From Erysipelotrichaceae bacterium (GTDB taxonomy: Bacteria > Bacillota_I > Bacilli_A > Erysipelotrichales > Erysipelotrichaceae), in assembly GCA_963663995.1 (NCBI GenBank), contig OY760660.1:1560001-1592000 (forward strand): a stretch of DNA of 32,000 nucleotides, read 5' to 3'. Position 1 is the first letter of the stretch. The number at the start of each line of letters is the position of its first letter. The notes beneath the pieces are model-generated. The model worked only from the letters and a program-made list of their open reading frames with translations. It had not been told where the DNA came from and did not search any database. Positions 8,116-17,928 of the stretch are shown one piece after another. A program made the translations under genes and the position numbers.

Positions 8116-9108
8116 TTATTCAGCTAGTGCAGCAAATAATGCTTCTGCATCATCGGCTGGTAACATAGCAGCAATTAAGTCTTGGTTTTCCATAATAAAC
8201 CATTTAGCTGTCATTGCATAATCAGCACCTGTTGATTGCATATAAGCAAGAGCGTTAGATGTTAATTGAGAAGATGTAGTGTAATTTCCTAAGAATGCAT
8301 CTAGTTCTGGATTATCATCACCAAATCCAACACGTGTACATACTGTAACGTTGTTTGAAGGGATTTCATTTAAACCAGCCATATAGTCATCGTTATTTGT
8401 ATACGGATCATCTTCAAGTAATACTAAGTCATACATACCAGTAACCCATGTTGGTTCCCAGTAGTAAGCAACGAATGCATTACCAGCTTCGTATTGAGCT
8501 GAGATGTTAGCAGCTAAAGCTGAATCTGAACCAGGTGTGAAACCAACATAATAGTCAGTTAAACCATAAGCTTCAAGTTTAGCTTTTAAGATTTCATTTA
8601 CTTGCCATCCTGGGATTGCTAAGTAAATAGTACTCTTAGTAGGATCTTCGTCACTAGGCTCGAATAAATCAGCATAGTTAGCTAAATCCTTAACAGTTTT
8701 AAGATCTGGTGCTAAAGCATCATCACCCTCAACTAAGTAAGCAGGTACATATAAACCTTGTGCGTTATCAGCAAAGTTAGTACCTTTTTCAATAATATCG
8801 CCATTAGCGATTAAGTCTTGATATTGAGCAATACCATCAGACCATGTTTCTGTATAAACATCAATTTCACCACTTCTCAAACCTTCGATAGTGATATTTG
8901 TTGAGCCTGGGACTTCCTCCCAAGTTGTATTGTAGAGTGTTTCACCTACAAGACCTACTACAGCGTTATGGAATCGAACACTATCCCATCCTGGATCGGC
9001 TAGGACAATATGTCTTTCCTCCATTGTTTCACCATCATCAGATGGTGCACTTGAACAGCCTGTTAATACGACCATTCCTAATAATAAAACAAGTAAAAAA
9101 CGTTTCAT
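8116..9108 (-). CDS. Betaine/quaternary-amine ABC transporter substrate-binding lipoprotein (OpuAC/ProX-like), paralog 1
   Basis: 330 aa. Signal peptide with lipobox VLTGC. Trp-rich blocks (ADPGWDS, ETWSDG, YYWEPTW) consistent with a cation-pi aromatic-box betaine binder. GGAGG at 9114-9118 (minus). Confidence 0.85.
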   Translation of the reverse strand: MKRFLLVLLLGMVVLTGCSSAPSDDGETMEERHIVLADPGWDSVRFHNAVVGLVGETLYNTTWEEVPGSTNITIEGLRSGEIDVYTETWSDGIAQYQDLIANGDIIEKGTNFADNAQGLYVPAYLVEGDDALAPDLKTVKDLANYADLFEPSDEDPTKSTIYLAIPGWQVNEILKAKLEAYGLTDYYVGFTPGSDSALAANISAQYEAGNAFVAYYWEPTWVTGMYDLVLLEDDPYTNNDDYMAGLNEIPSNNVTVCTRVGFGDDNPELDAFLGNYTTSSQLTSNALAYMQSTGADYAMTAKWFIMENQDLIAAMLPADDAEALFAALAE

Positions 9109-9127
9109 TAAGAACCTCCTTTTTTTG

Positions 9128-9162
9128 TTATCAGATTATAAAAAACCTGCCAACTTCTGTAA
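9128..9162 (-). promoter_or_regulatory. Candidate sigma-A promoter plus shared module for binding-protein gene 1 (copy 2 of 3)
   Basis: Minus strand: TTACAG (9162-9157), a 16-nt spacer containing GTTGGCAGG, TATAAT (9140-9135), then CTGATAA. About 20 nt downstream are the GGAGG and the ATG at 9108. Confidence 0.45.
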
Positions 9163-9277
9163 CCATTATATCTAAAATCTAGTAATAATGCCAATTTTAC
9201 CAAGCACACGGATACGGGTGTGCACAAAAAACCCAGGTTCTATAAGGCTTATTGGCTGATAAAAAAATTTAAAAAAA

Positions 9278-9324
9278 ATTAAAAAATCGGTGTTAGAGCG
9301 TTGGCAAAACCCTAATCACCGATT
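9278..9324 (-). terminator. Rho-independent terminator after binding-protein gene 2
   Basis: Minus-strand RNA: AAUCGGUG-A-UUAGGG-loop-CUCUAA-CACCGAUU, followed by a long U-rich run (complement of the A-tracts at 9261-9286). Confidence 0.6.
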
Positions 9325-9361
9325 GATTTATTAGACACTTTTTCAAGTGATCTAAACTATT

Positions 9362-10342
9362 TTATTCGATAGCTGTAAAGAGTGCTTCAGCATCTTCAGC
9401 TGGCAACATACTTGAAATTAAATCTTTGTTTTGAATCATAAACCATACAGCTGTGTCTTCATAGTTAGCGCCAGTATCTTGCATATAAGCAAGTGCGTTA
9501 GATGTTAATTGAGAAGAAGTTGTGTACTTGCCTAAGAATGCATCAAGTTCAGCGTTATCATCAGCAAAACCTGCACGCGTACATACAGTGACATTCATTG
9601 ATGGGATTTCATTAATGCCTTTATAGTAATCTTCTTCAGTTGTATAGGGTGTATCTTCTAAAAGAACTAAGTCATACATACCAGTGACCCATGTTGGTTC
9701 CCAGTAATAGGCTACAAATGGTTCTCCTGCTTCATAGAAAGCAGTAATATTAGCCGCAAGAGCAGAATCTGAACCTGGACTCATATAGTTGTAATATTCA
9801 TCTAATCCATAAGCAAGCATCTTAGCATTTAAAACTTCATTAACTTCCCAACCAGGAATGGCTAAGTAAATCATGCCTTTACTTGGATCATCTGGATCAG
9901 TGAAGACATCAGCATAGTTTTTTAAATCCATAACTGTTTTAAGGTCAGGAGCTAAAGCATCTTCACCTTCGACGATATAAGCTGGAACATATAAACCTTG
10001 TGCATTGTCATCAAAGTTTGTTCCTTTTTCGATAATTTCACCATTGGCTACTGCATCTGCGTATGGTGCAATACCATCTGACCAAGTTTCTGTGTAAACA
10101 TCAATTTCACCTGATTTTAATGCTTCAAATGTTATCGCTGTTGATCCTGGGACTTCTTCCCATGTTGTGTTGTATAAGACTTCTGCAACTTTACCAACGA
10201 CTGCATTGTGGAAACGAACACTATCCCATCCTGGATCAGCTAGGACAATGTGTCTTGTTGGCATTTCTTCCTCTGTCGGTGCACTAGAACAACCAGATAA
10301 AAATAGCAGTCCTAATAGTGCAATACTTAAAAAACGTTTCAT
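9362..10342 (-). CDS. Betaine/quaternary-amine ABC transporter substrate-binding lipoprotein (OpuAC/ProX-like), paralog 2
   Basis: The track ORF runs to 10390. I start it at ATG 10342 (MKRFLSIALLGLLFLSGCSS), which has GGAGGG just upstream and gives a normal lipoprotein signal peptide. By eye it is roughly 70-80% identical to paralog 1 over the full length. Confidence 0.85.
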   Translation of the reverse strand: MKRFLSIALLGLLFLSGCSSAPTEEEMPTRHIVLADPGWDSVRFHNAVVGKVAEVLYNTTWEEVPGSTAITFEALKSGEIDVYTETWSDGIAPYADAVANGEIIEKGTNFDDNAQGLYVPAYIVEGEDALAPDLKTVMDLKNYADVFTDPDDPSKGMIYLAIPGWEVNEVLNAKMLAYGLDEYYNYMSPGSDSALAANITAFYEAGEPFVAYYWEPTWVTGMYDLVLLEDTPYTTEEDYYKGINEIPSMNVTVCTRAGFADDNAELDAFLGKYTTSSQLTSNALAYMQDTGANYEDTAVWFMIQNKDLISSMLPAEDAEALFTAIE

Positions 10343-10362
10343 TAAAAAACCCTCCATTTCGA

Positions 10363-10393
10363 TTGTGAGATTATGTGTAAAAACCTGCACAAG
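10363..10393 (-). promoter_or_regulatory. Candidate promoter/operator module for binding-protein gene 2 (copy 3 of 3)
   Basis: Plus strand TTGTGAGATTATGTGTAAAAACCTGCACAAG. It shares AGATTAT and AAAAACCTGC with the 9128-9154 module. Minus strand has a -10-like CATAAT (10375-10370). Confidence 0.35.
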
Positions 10394-10621
10394 TATAGGT
10401 CTATTTTACTGAAAGAATTTACAGAAAACCAATTTGAACAAGCCAAAATAGCATATATTGCACTATATTAAGGTATAGCTACCCATATGTAATATGGGTA
10501 GAAAATTCTTTATGAAAATTATGTGAAGTATATAAAATTGTATACTATTATGTGCATTTTTTAGCGATTTATAGTTTATGAAAATTTCATGATAAAAACT
10601 TCACATACATGGCTTGTTACA

Positions 10622-10650
10622 TTGTTTGTTAGAGGTGTAAATGCTATAAT
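10622..10650 (+). promoter_or_regulatory. Candidate sigma-A promoter of the pgk-tpiA-eno operon
   Basis: TTGTTT (10622-10627), 17-nt spacer, extended -10 TGcTATAAT (10642-10650). AGGAGG at 10665-10670 and ATG at 10681. Confidence 0.55.
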
Positions 10651-10680
10651 ATTGTGGAACTTTAGGAGGATTAAAATTAG

Positions 10681-11876
10681 ATGGCAAAACGCACTGTTAA
10701 AGATCTAGCTGTTAAAGGAAAAAAAGTAATAGTTAGAGTCGATTTTAATGTGCCATTAAAAGATGGCGTCATTACTGATGAGAATCGTATTGTACAAGCT
10801 TTACCTACTATTAACTATTTAGTAGAACAAGGCGCAAAAATTATTTTATTATCACACTTAGGAAAAGTGGATCATAAAGATCCTGAGAAAACAGAAGCTA
10901 ATAAAAAGAAAAACAACATGGCTCCTGTTGCTGCTCGTCTAGCAGAAAAAGTAGATACAAAAGTAACATTTGTTCCAGAAACACGTGGTGAAGCAGTTGA
11001 GAAAGCTGTTGCTGATTTGAAAGACGGCGAAATCGTTGTGCTTCAAAATACACGCTATGAAAAAGGTGAATCTAAGAACGATCCTGAACTATCAAAATAT
11101 TGGGCAAGTTTAGCTGACCTATTTGTAACTGATGCATTTGGTTCAGTTCACAGAGCTCACTCAAGTACTGTAGGTATTGCTGAAATACTTCCAAGTGCTT
11201 TAGGATTCTTAGTTGAAAAAGAAGTTATTCAATTATCAAAAGCTGTTTACAATCCAGAACGTCCATTTGTGGCTATTCTTGGTGGTTCAAAAGTTAGCGA
11301 TAAAATTCCTGTTATTGAGAACTTATTAAACTCTGCTGACAAGATTTTAGTTGGTGGTGGTATGGCTTTCACATTTGCGAAAGCTCAAGGTTTAGAAATT
11401 GGTTCATCATTACTTGACGAAGCTTCACTAGAATTAACTAAAAAATTCATGGCAGAAGGCAAAGACAAAATCGTATTACCTGTAGATTACATGGTAGCTG
11501 ATAAATTTGCTGAAGATGCTGATCACTATGTTGTGGATGCAGATAAAATCCCAGCAGGTTATATGGGCTTAGATATCGGTCCTAAATCATTAGAATTATT
11601 TGCAAAAGAATTAGCTGGTGCTAAAACAGTTGTTTGGAATGGTCCAATGGGCGTATTTGAAATGAAACCATATGCTGCTGGAACAATCGGTGTATGTGAA
11701 ACACTTGCTAATATGAAAGATGCCTTCACTGTTATTGGTGGTGGTGATAGTGCTGCAGCAGCTAACCAAAATGGCTTCTCTGAATCATTCTCACACATCT
11801 CAACAGGTGGTGGTGCATCACTTGAATTTATGGAAGGAAAAGAATTACCTGGTATTGCGGTAATTCAGGAAGCGTA

Positions 11877-11877
<1 letters not shown>
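10681..11877 (+). CDS. pgk: Phosphoglycerate kinase
   Basis: 398 aa. VRVDFNVP N-terminal block, ILLSHLGK, and the C-terminal [10 protein letters not shown] block. Strong RBS. Confidence 0.97.
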
Positions 11878-13933
<2,056 letters not shown>

Positions 13934-13953
13934 TTCAATTATTCTTAGACTAA

Positions 13954-13980
13954 GGTTACTCACTTGAGTAGCCTTTTTTT
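13954..13980 (+). terminator. Rho-independent terminator after eno
   Basis: GGTTACTCA-CT-TGAGTAGCC (one G.U pair), followed by TTTTTTT. Confidence 0.75.
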
Positions 13981-13992
13981 ATGGGTAAAACC

Positions 13993-14021
13993 TTGTACTT
14001 AAAGTCTAAGAGTGCTAAAAT
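13993..14021 (+). promoter_or_regulatory. Candidate sigma-A promoter of secG
   Basis: TTGTAC (13993-13998), 17-nt spacer, extended -10 TGcTAAAAT (14013-14021). RBS AAAGGAG at 14037-14043. Confidence 0.5.
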
Positions 14022-14049
14022 ATCAAAGCAACTATAAAGGAGATGCTGT

Positions 14050-14271
14050 ATGATCGATATCATTCTAATGGTAGTAGCGGCCCTACTCATTATCTTAAGT
14101 CTATTACAAAGTGGTAAATCTGAAGGCCTCAGTTCAGCATTCTCTGGACAAGGTGGTCTCAATTTATTTGAGAACGTTAAAGAACGTGGACCTGAAAAAA
14201 CAATCTCTCGCTTAACCATGGCGTTAGGTGGATTATTTTTCATTCTCGTTATCCTATCAAACATTCTTTAA
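14050..14271 (+). CDS. secG: Preprotein translocase subunit SecG
   Basis: 73 aa with two TM segments. LLQSGKSEGLSSAFSGQGG is the characteristic SecG loop. Same secG-rnr-smpB order as in Bacillus. Confidence 0.9.
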   Translation: MIDIILMVVAALLIILSLLQSGKSEGLSSAFSGQGGLNLFENVKERGPEKTISRLTMALGGLFFILVILSNIL

Positions 14272-14274
14272 GAC

Positions 14275-14302
14275 AAAGGCCACAAAGGGCCTTTTATTTT
14301 TT
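14275..14302 (+). terminator. Hairpin terminator/attenuator between secG and rnr
   Basis: AAAGGCC(14275-14281)-ACAAAG-GGCCTTT(14288-14294)-TATTTTTT. The U-run ends exactly at the rnr ATG (14303). Confidence 0.6.
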
Positions 14303-16363
14303 ATGAACAAAGAAACATTATTTGAACTGATACAAAAACACAATAAATTACGCTCGGCTGAAGAATGGGCTCAATATCTTAAATTAAAAGATATTGAACT
14401 TGAGTCGTTTTTTAGCTTGGTTTATCAGCTTCAATCAAATTATGAATTAATCACTACTAAAAAGGGTAAGCTTCAATTAGTTGAAGAAAGTGATTTAGTG
14501 GAAGGATTAATCAGTATTAATCCAAAAGGTTTTGCCTTTGTTGATGGGGAAAATGAATCTGTTTATATTCCTCAAGAAAACTTTTATACCGCTATGCATG
14601 GGGATAGAGTTTTAGTTAAACCTAGAGTCTTTAAGAATCAAAGCAAAGATGGAATGGTTCTTAAAGTCTTAGAAAGAAATACATTACAGGTTGTAGTAAC
14701 TTATGAGAAGAAAGGAAACAAAGAAAGTTTCCACTTTGATGACCCTCGCTTTTTATACAAGATTAAAATGATTGACTCTGATACGAGTCATTGTGTGAAT
14801 GGATCAGTTTTACTTTGCGATATTGTTGAATATGGACAAATAACAACTGTAAAAATCAAGCAAGTATTAGGACATAAAGATGATCCAGGAATGGATATCA
14901 CTCAAATTCTTATTCAACACAATGTTAAATTAAATTTTCCGAATGAAGCCTTAGAAGAAGTCGATACAATACCAATGGAAGTCAATGAATCAGAAATTGG
15001 AGATCGAATCGATTATCGAAATCAAATTGTAGTAACGATTGATGGTGAAGATGCGAAAGATTTTGATGATGCAATAAGCATTCAAAGAATTTCAAATGGT
15101 TATAAACTTGATGTTCATATCGCTGATGTGTCAAATTACATAAAAGAAAATAGTCCTTTAGATAAAGAAGCTAGGGAAAGAGGAACAAGTGTTTATGTCG
15201 TTGATCGAGTTGTTCCAATGTTGCCTCACGCTTTGTCGAATGGGATTTGTTCACTTATGGAAGGTGTTAATCGATTAACACTTACCTGCTCAATGGAAAT
15301 TGATCATGGGGGTACAGTTACCAATTACGATATCCATCCATCAGTGATTAAATCAAGCAAACGTATGACCTATACGAATGTTAATAAAGTCTTAGATGGC
15401 AATACCCCTAAAGGCTATGAATCCTATGTTGAGATGATTGAGCTTATGGATGAGTGTGCAGAACGTATTCGTTACCAAAGAGACGAAAAAGGATCCATTA
15501 ACTTCAGTTCTGTTGAATCCAAATTTATTTTAGATAAAAATAGAAATATAGTAGATATTACTGCACGTGTACAAGATGATGCTGAAATGTTGATTGAAGA
15601 TTTCATGGTTTGTGCTAACGAAACAGTGGCAAAACATATGAAATATTTAGATGTACCAGCTTTATATCGTGTCCATTCCTCACCTACCAAAAAACGATTT
15701 GATAATTTCTTAATCGTCGCAAAGTATTTCAATGTGAAAATTCGCTACGAACATATCACGCCAAAAGTACTACAAAGTATCCTTAAACAATTTGAACATC
15801 ACGATGAATATCAATTGATGAATGACATGATGTTAAGATCTATGGCTAAAGCGCAATATGATCATCAATGTTTAGGTCATTTTGGTTTAGCTTTAGATGA
15901 ATATTGTCATTTTACATCACCGATTAGACGCTATCCTGATTTAATTGTTCATAGAATGCTAAGACGACATGTTTTTACCTATCATCCTGAAATGTTAGCG
16001 CAAGATGCGAAAACTGTTGAAGAATGTGGAGTCGAAACATCGCGCTTAGAACAAAGAGCAGTTGAGGCTGAGCGTGCCGTTGAAGGTATGAAGAAGGCTG
16101 AATTCATGGAAAAACATCTTGGAGATGTCTTTGAAGGTGTGATTAGTTCAGTCACAAAATTTGGGTTATTTGTCCAATTACCTAATACGGTAGAAGGGCT
16201 AGTCCATATATCCACTCTTAAAGGATATTTTGAATATAATGAACGGAAATTCGCTTTAGTGCGTATGGGTAATTATAAAGAATATCGCTTAGGTCAGAAG
16301 TTAAAAGTAAGAGTTGTTGCTGCATCAAAAGAGAATCAAACGATTGATTTTCATATTGTATAA
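14303..16363 (+). CDS. rnr: Ribonuclease R (3'-5' exoribonuclease, RNB family)
   Basis: RNB catalytic blocks TIDGEDAKDFDDAIS, HIADVS, VYVVDRVVPMLP, HFGLALDEYCHFTSPIRRYPD, and a C-terminal S1 domain (GVISSVTKFGLFVQL). The track ORF begins at a GTG at 14228 inside secG. I use ATG 14303 (MNKETLFELIQ...). Confidence 0.9.
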   Translation: MNKETLFELIQKHNKLRSAEEWAQYLKLKDIELESFFSLVYQLQSNYELITTKKGKLQLVEESDLVEGLISINPKGFAFVDGENESVYIPQENFYTAMHGDRVLVKPRVFKNQSKDGMVLKVLERNTLQVVVTYEKKGNKESFHFDDPRFLYKIKMIDSDTSHCVNGSVLLCDIVEYGQITTVKIKQVLGHKDDPGMDITQILIQHNVKLNFPNEALEEVDTIPMEVNESEIGDRIDYRNQIVVTIDGEDAKDFDDAISIQRISNGYKLDVHIADVSNYIKENSPLDKEARERGTSVYVVDRVVPMLPHALSNGICSLMEGVNRLTLTCSMEIDHGGTVTNYDIHPSVIKSSKRMTYTNVNKVLDGNTPKGYESYVEMIELMDECAERIRYQRDEKGSINFSSVESKFILDKNRNIVDITARVQDDAEMLIEDFMVCANETVAKHMKYLDVPALYRVHSSPTKKRFDNFLIVAKYFNVKIRYEHITPKVLQSILKQFEHHDEYQLMNDMMLRSMAKAQYDHQCLGHFGLALDEYCHFTSPIRRYPDLIVHRMLRRHVFTYHPEMLAQDAKTVEECGVETSRLEQRAVEAERAVEGMKKAEFMEKHLGDVFEGVISSVTKFGLFVQLPNTVEGLVHISTLKGYFEYNERKFALVRMGNYKEYRLGQKLKVRVVAASKENQTIDFHIV

Positions 16364-16374
16364 TAGGGATACGC

Positions 16375-16827
16375 ATGTCAGAAAAAGTTATCGCAAAAAA
16401 CAGAAAAGCTTATCATGATTACTTCATTGAAGAGACATTTGAAGCAGGTTTAGTCTTATTTGGTACTGAAATAAAAGCCATACGTAAAGGTTCAGTTCAA
16501 TTCAAAGATGCCTATATTCATTTCATTAACAATGAAGCTTTTATCCGTGATATGTATATCGCTCAGTATGAACAAGGTAATCAATTTAATCATGAAGAAA
16601 CACGTGAAAGAAAGTTACTTCTTCACCGTGAGCAAATATTAAAGCTACAGAAAAAAGTACAGCTCAAAGGCTATACTGTTATTCCTTTATCCATGTATCT
16701 ATCAAAGGGTAGAGCAAAACTAGAAATTGCTTTAGCAACTGGTAAAGATTTACATGATAAACGTGAAACTGATAAAGCTAAAACTGCAAAGCGAGAAATG
16801 CAGAAAGCACTTAAGCAACATCGATAA
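16375..16827 (+). CDS. smpB: SsrA-binding protein SmpB
   Basis: 150 aa. IAKNRKAYHDYFIEETFEAGLVLFGTEIK is the canonical SmpB N-terminus. Basic C-terminal tail. Confidence 0.95.
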   Translation: MSEKVIAKNRKAYHDYFIEETFEAGLVLFGTEIKAIRKGSVQFKDAYIHFINNEAFIRDMYIAQYEQGNQFNHEETRERKLLLHREQILKLQKKVQLKGYTVIPLSMYLSKGRAKLEIALATGKDLHDKRETDKAKTAKREMQKALKQHR

Positions 16828-16843
16828 AATAATCAATAAAGGA

Positions 16844-16879
16844 CTTCTAATTTAAATAGAAATCCTTTTATTATAAATA
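16844..16879 (+). terminator. Rho-independent terminator after smpB
   Basis: AAAGGACTTCTA-ATTTAAA-TAGAAATCCTTT (one mismatch), followed by TATTAT. Confidence 0.6.
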
Positions 16880-16995
16880 AACATTGAGAAAACATTTCAA
16901 TCTGTAAAAAAGTAAAACTATAATTTCATTTGGGTTTAATAAAATTAAATCTAGAATAAAGAATTATGAAATAATGTCACTTACATAAGGAGAAT

Positions 16996-17805
16996 ATGGA
17001 AAATATAAAACTTGTAGCAACTGACTTAGATGGAACGCTACTTCATGATGATGGAAGAATACCTGAACAATTTGGTTAATATCTTCAAAGCTTAAATAAT
17101 ATGAATATAGAGCTAGTAATTGCGAGTGGAAGACCGCTTTACTCAATTAAAAATCTCTTCAATAAATATATTCATAAATTAATAATTATAGGTGATAATG
17201 GAGCAAGTATTTGGGCAAAGGGTAAAGATATAAATGCGAGTAAAATTAGTACTACAAAAATTTCAGAGATTGTTGCATTTAGTCAAAACTATACTGATTC
17301 AATCATTGTTTTTTCAGGTATAAACAAAACATTTATATTTAAAAGTGATAAAAAGAGTCCGATGTTATCTGGAGAGTTGTTAGGTAGAATCCAAACTATA
17401 GAGAATATTAATGAAATAAATGATGAAATTGTAAAAATATCTATGCATTTTCCTGAAGCCAATGCAAAGTCATATTATGATGATATTATTTTTTTAGATC
17501 TTAAAAATAAGTTTTCAGTAACATTAAGTGATGTGAGTTGGATAGACGTTATGAATATTAATATTAATAAAGCAGTTGCTTTAACTGAGATCAGTGAACA
17601 ATTAAATATTGAAATGAATCAAATAATGGTATTTGGAAATGCACTAAATGATAAAGAAATGCTCAAAGCAGTTGAACATAGTTATATCGTAGATAATGCT
17701 CATCCTGAAATGTCTGAATTTGCTAACTATAAAACAGCATCAAATGAAGAGTTAGGTGTTTTTAAAATTATTGAAAAGCTAATAAAACTAAAAGCATATA
17801 AATAA
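16996..17805 (+). pseudogene. Cof-type HAD-IIB phosphatase interrupted by a single in-frame TAA (17077-17079)
   Basis: ATG 16996 (RBS AAGGAG) encodes MENIKLVATDLDGTLLHDDGRIPEQFG, then TAA. The same frame continues as YLQSLNNMNIELVIASGRP... into track ORF 17101..17805. HAD motif I (DxDGT) lies before the stop, and motif II (SGR) and the later motifs lie after it. Confidence 0.75.
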
Positions 17806-17864
17806 GCTAACAAGTTTAATAGTCAAAATAATAATTCACTCACATCTAAAAATAATGACTATTT

Positions 17865-17883
17865 TCTGAAATAATATTTCAGA
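17865..17883. promoter_or_regulatory. Perfect palindrome TCTGAAATA-a-TATTTCAGA upstream of the PTS EIIC operon (candidate operator)
   Basis: 9-bp arms around a single central base. The same CTGAAA/TTTCAG half-site recurs at 17898-17903 and 17914-17919. Confidence 0.45.
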
Positions 17884-17914
17884 TGCTTTGATTTATATTT
17901 CAGTAAATTGCCAC

Positions 17915-17928
17915 TGAAACCGTTATCA
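17915..17928. promoter_or_regulatory. Candidate catabolite-responsive element (cre, CcpA site)
   Basis: TGAAACCGTTATCA fits the core of cre consensus WTGNAANCGNWNNCW at every specified position except the leading W. It lies 69 nt upstream of the EIIC ATG. Confidence 0.45.

Noticed and set aside
7945-9154. TGGCAG in the repeated opu modules as a sigma-54 (-24 GG / -12 GC) promoter
   Set aside because: The -12 position reads TTAT or ATCA instead of TTGC in the copies. A good sigma-A type TATAAT is present instead, and no enhancer-binding protein gene is nearby.
9204-9223. Hairpin GCACAC-GGATACGG-GTGTGC upstream of binding-protein gene 1, considered as a terminator or riboswitch element
   Set aside because: No U-run follows on either strand (the A/T run precedes it on the minus strand). 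It lies upstream of the predicted SBP1 promoter, and no known riboswitch core, such as the c-di-AMP ydaO type, could be recognised around it. I kept it only as a possible minor DNA palindrome.
10343-10390. Longer N-terminus (MQVFTHNLTIEMEGFL...) for binding-protein paralog 2
   Set aside because: The internal ATG at 10342 has GGAGGG upstream and yields a canonical MKRF...LSGC lipoprotein signal that matches paralog 1. The extension would cover the RBS.
14228-14302. Track start of rnr at 14228 (GTG), overlapping the end of secG
   Set aside because: The extra 25 residues would be translated from the secG 3' end and the terminator hairpin. They have no RBS and no similarity to RNase R N-termini.
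16828-16995. Expected tmRNA (ssrA) gene downstream of smpB, as in the Bacillus secG-rnr-smpB-ssrA arrangement
   Set aside because: The 168-nt spacer is AT-rich and contains only a terminator hairpin. It has no GGGG..acceptor-stem start, no tRNA-like T-arm (GGTTCGA-type) and no tag reading frame, and it is too short for tmRNA. ssrA must be elsewhere.
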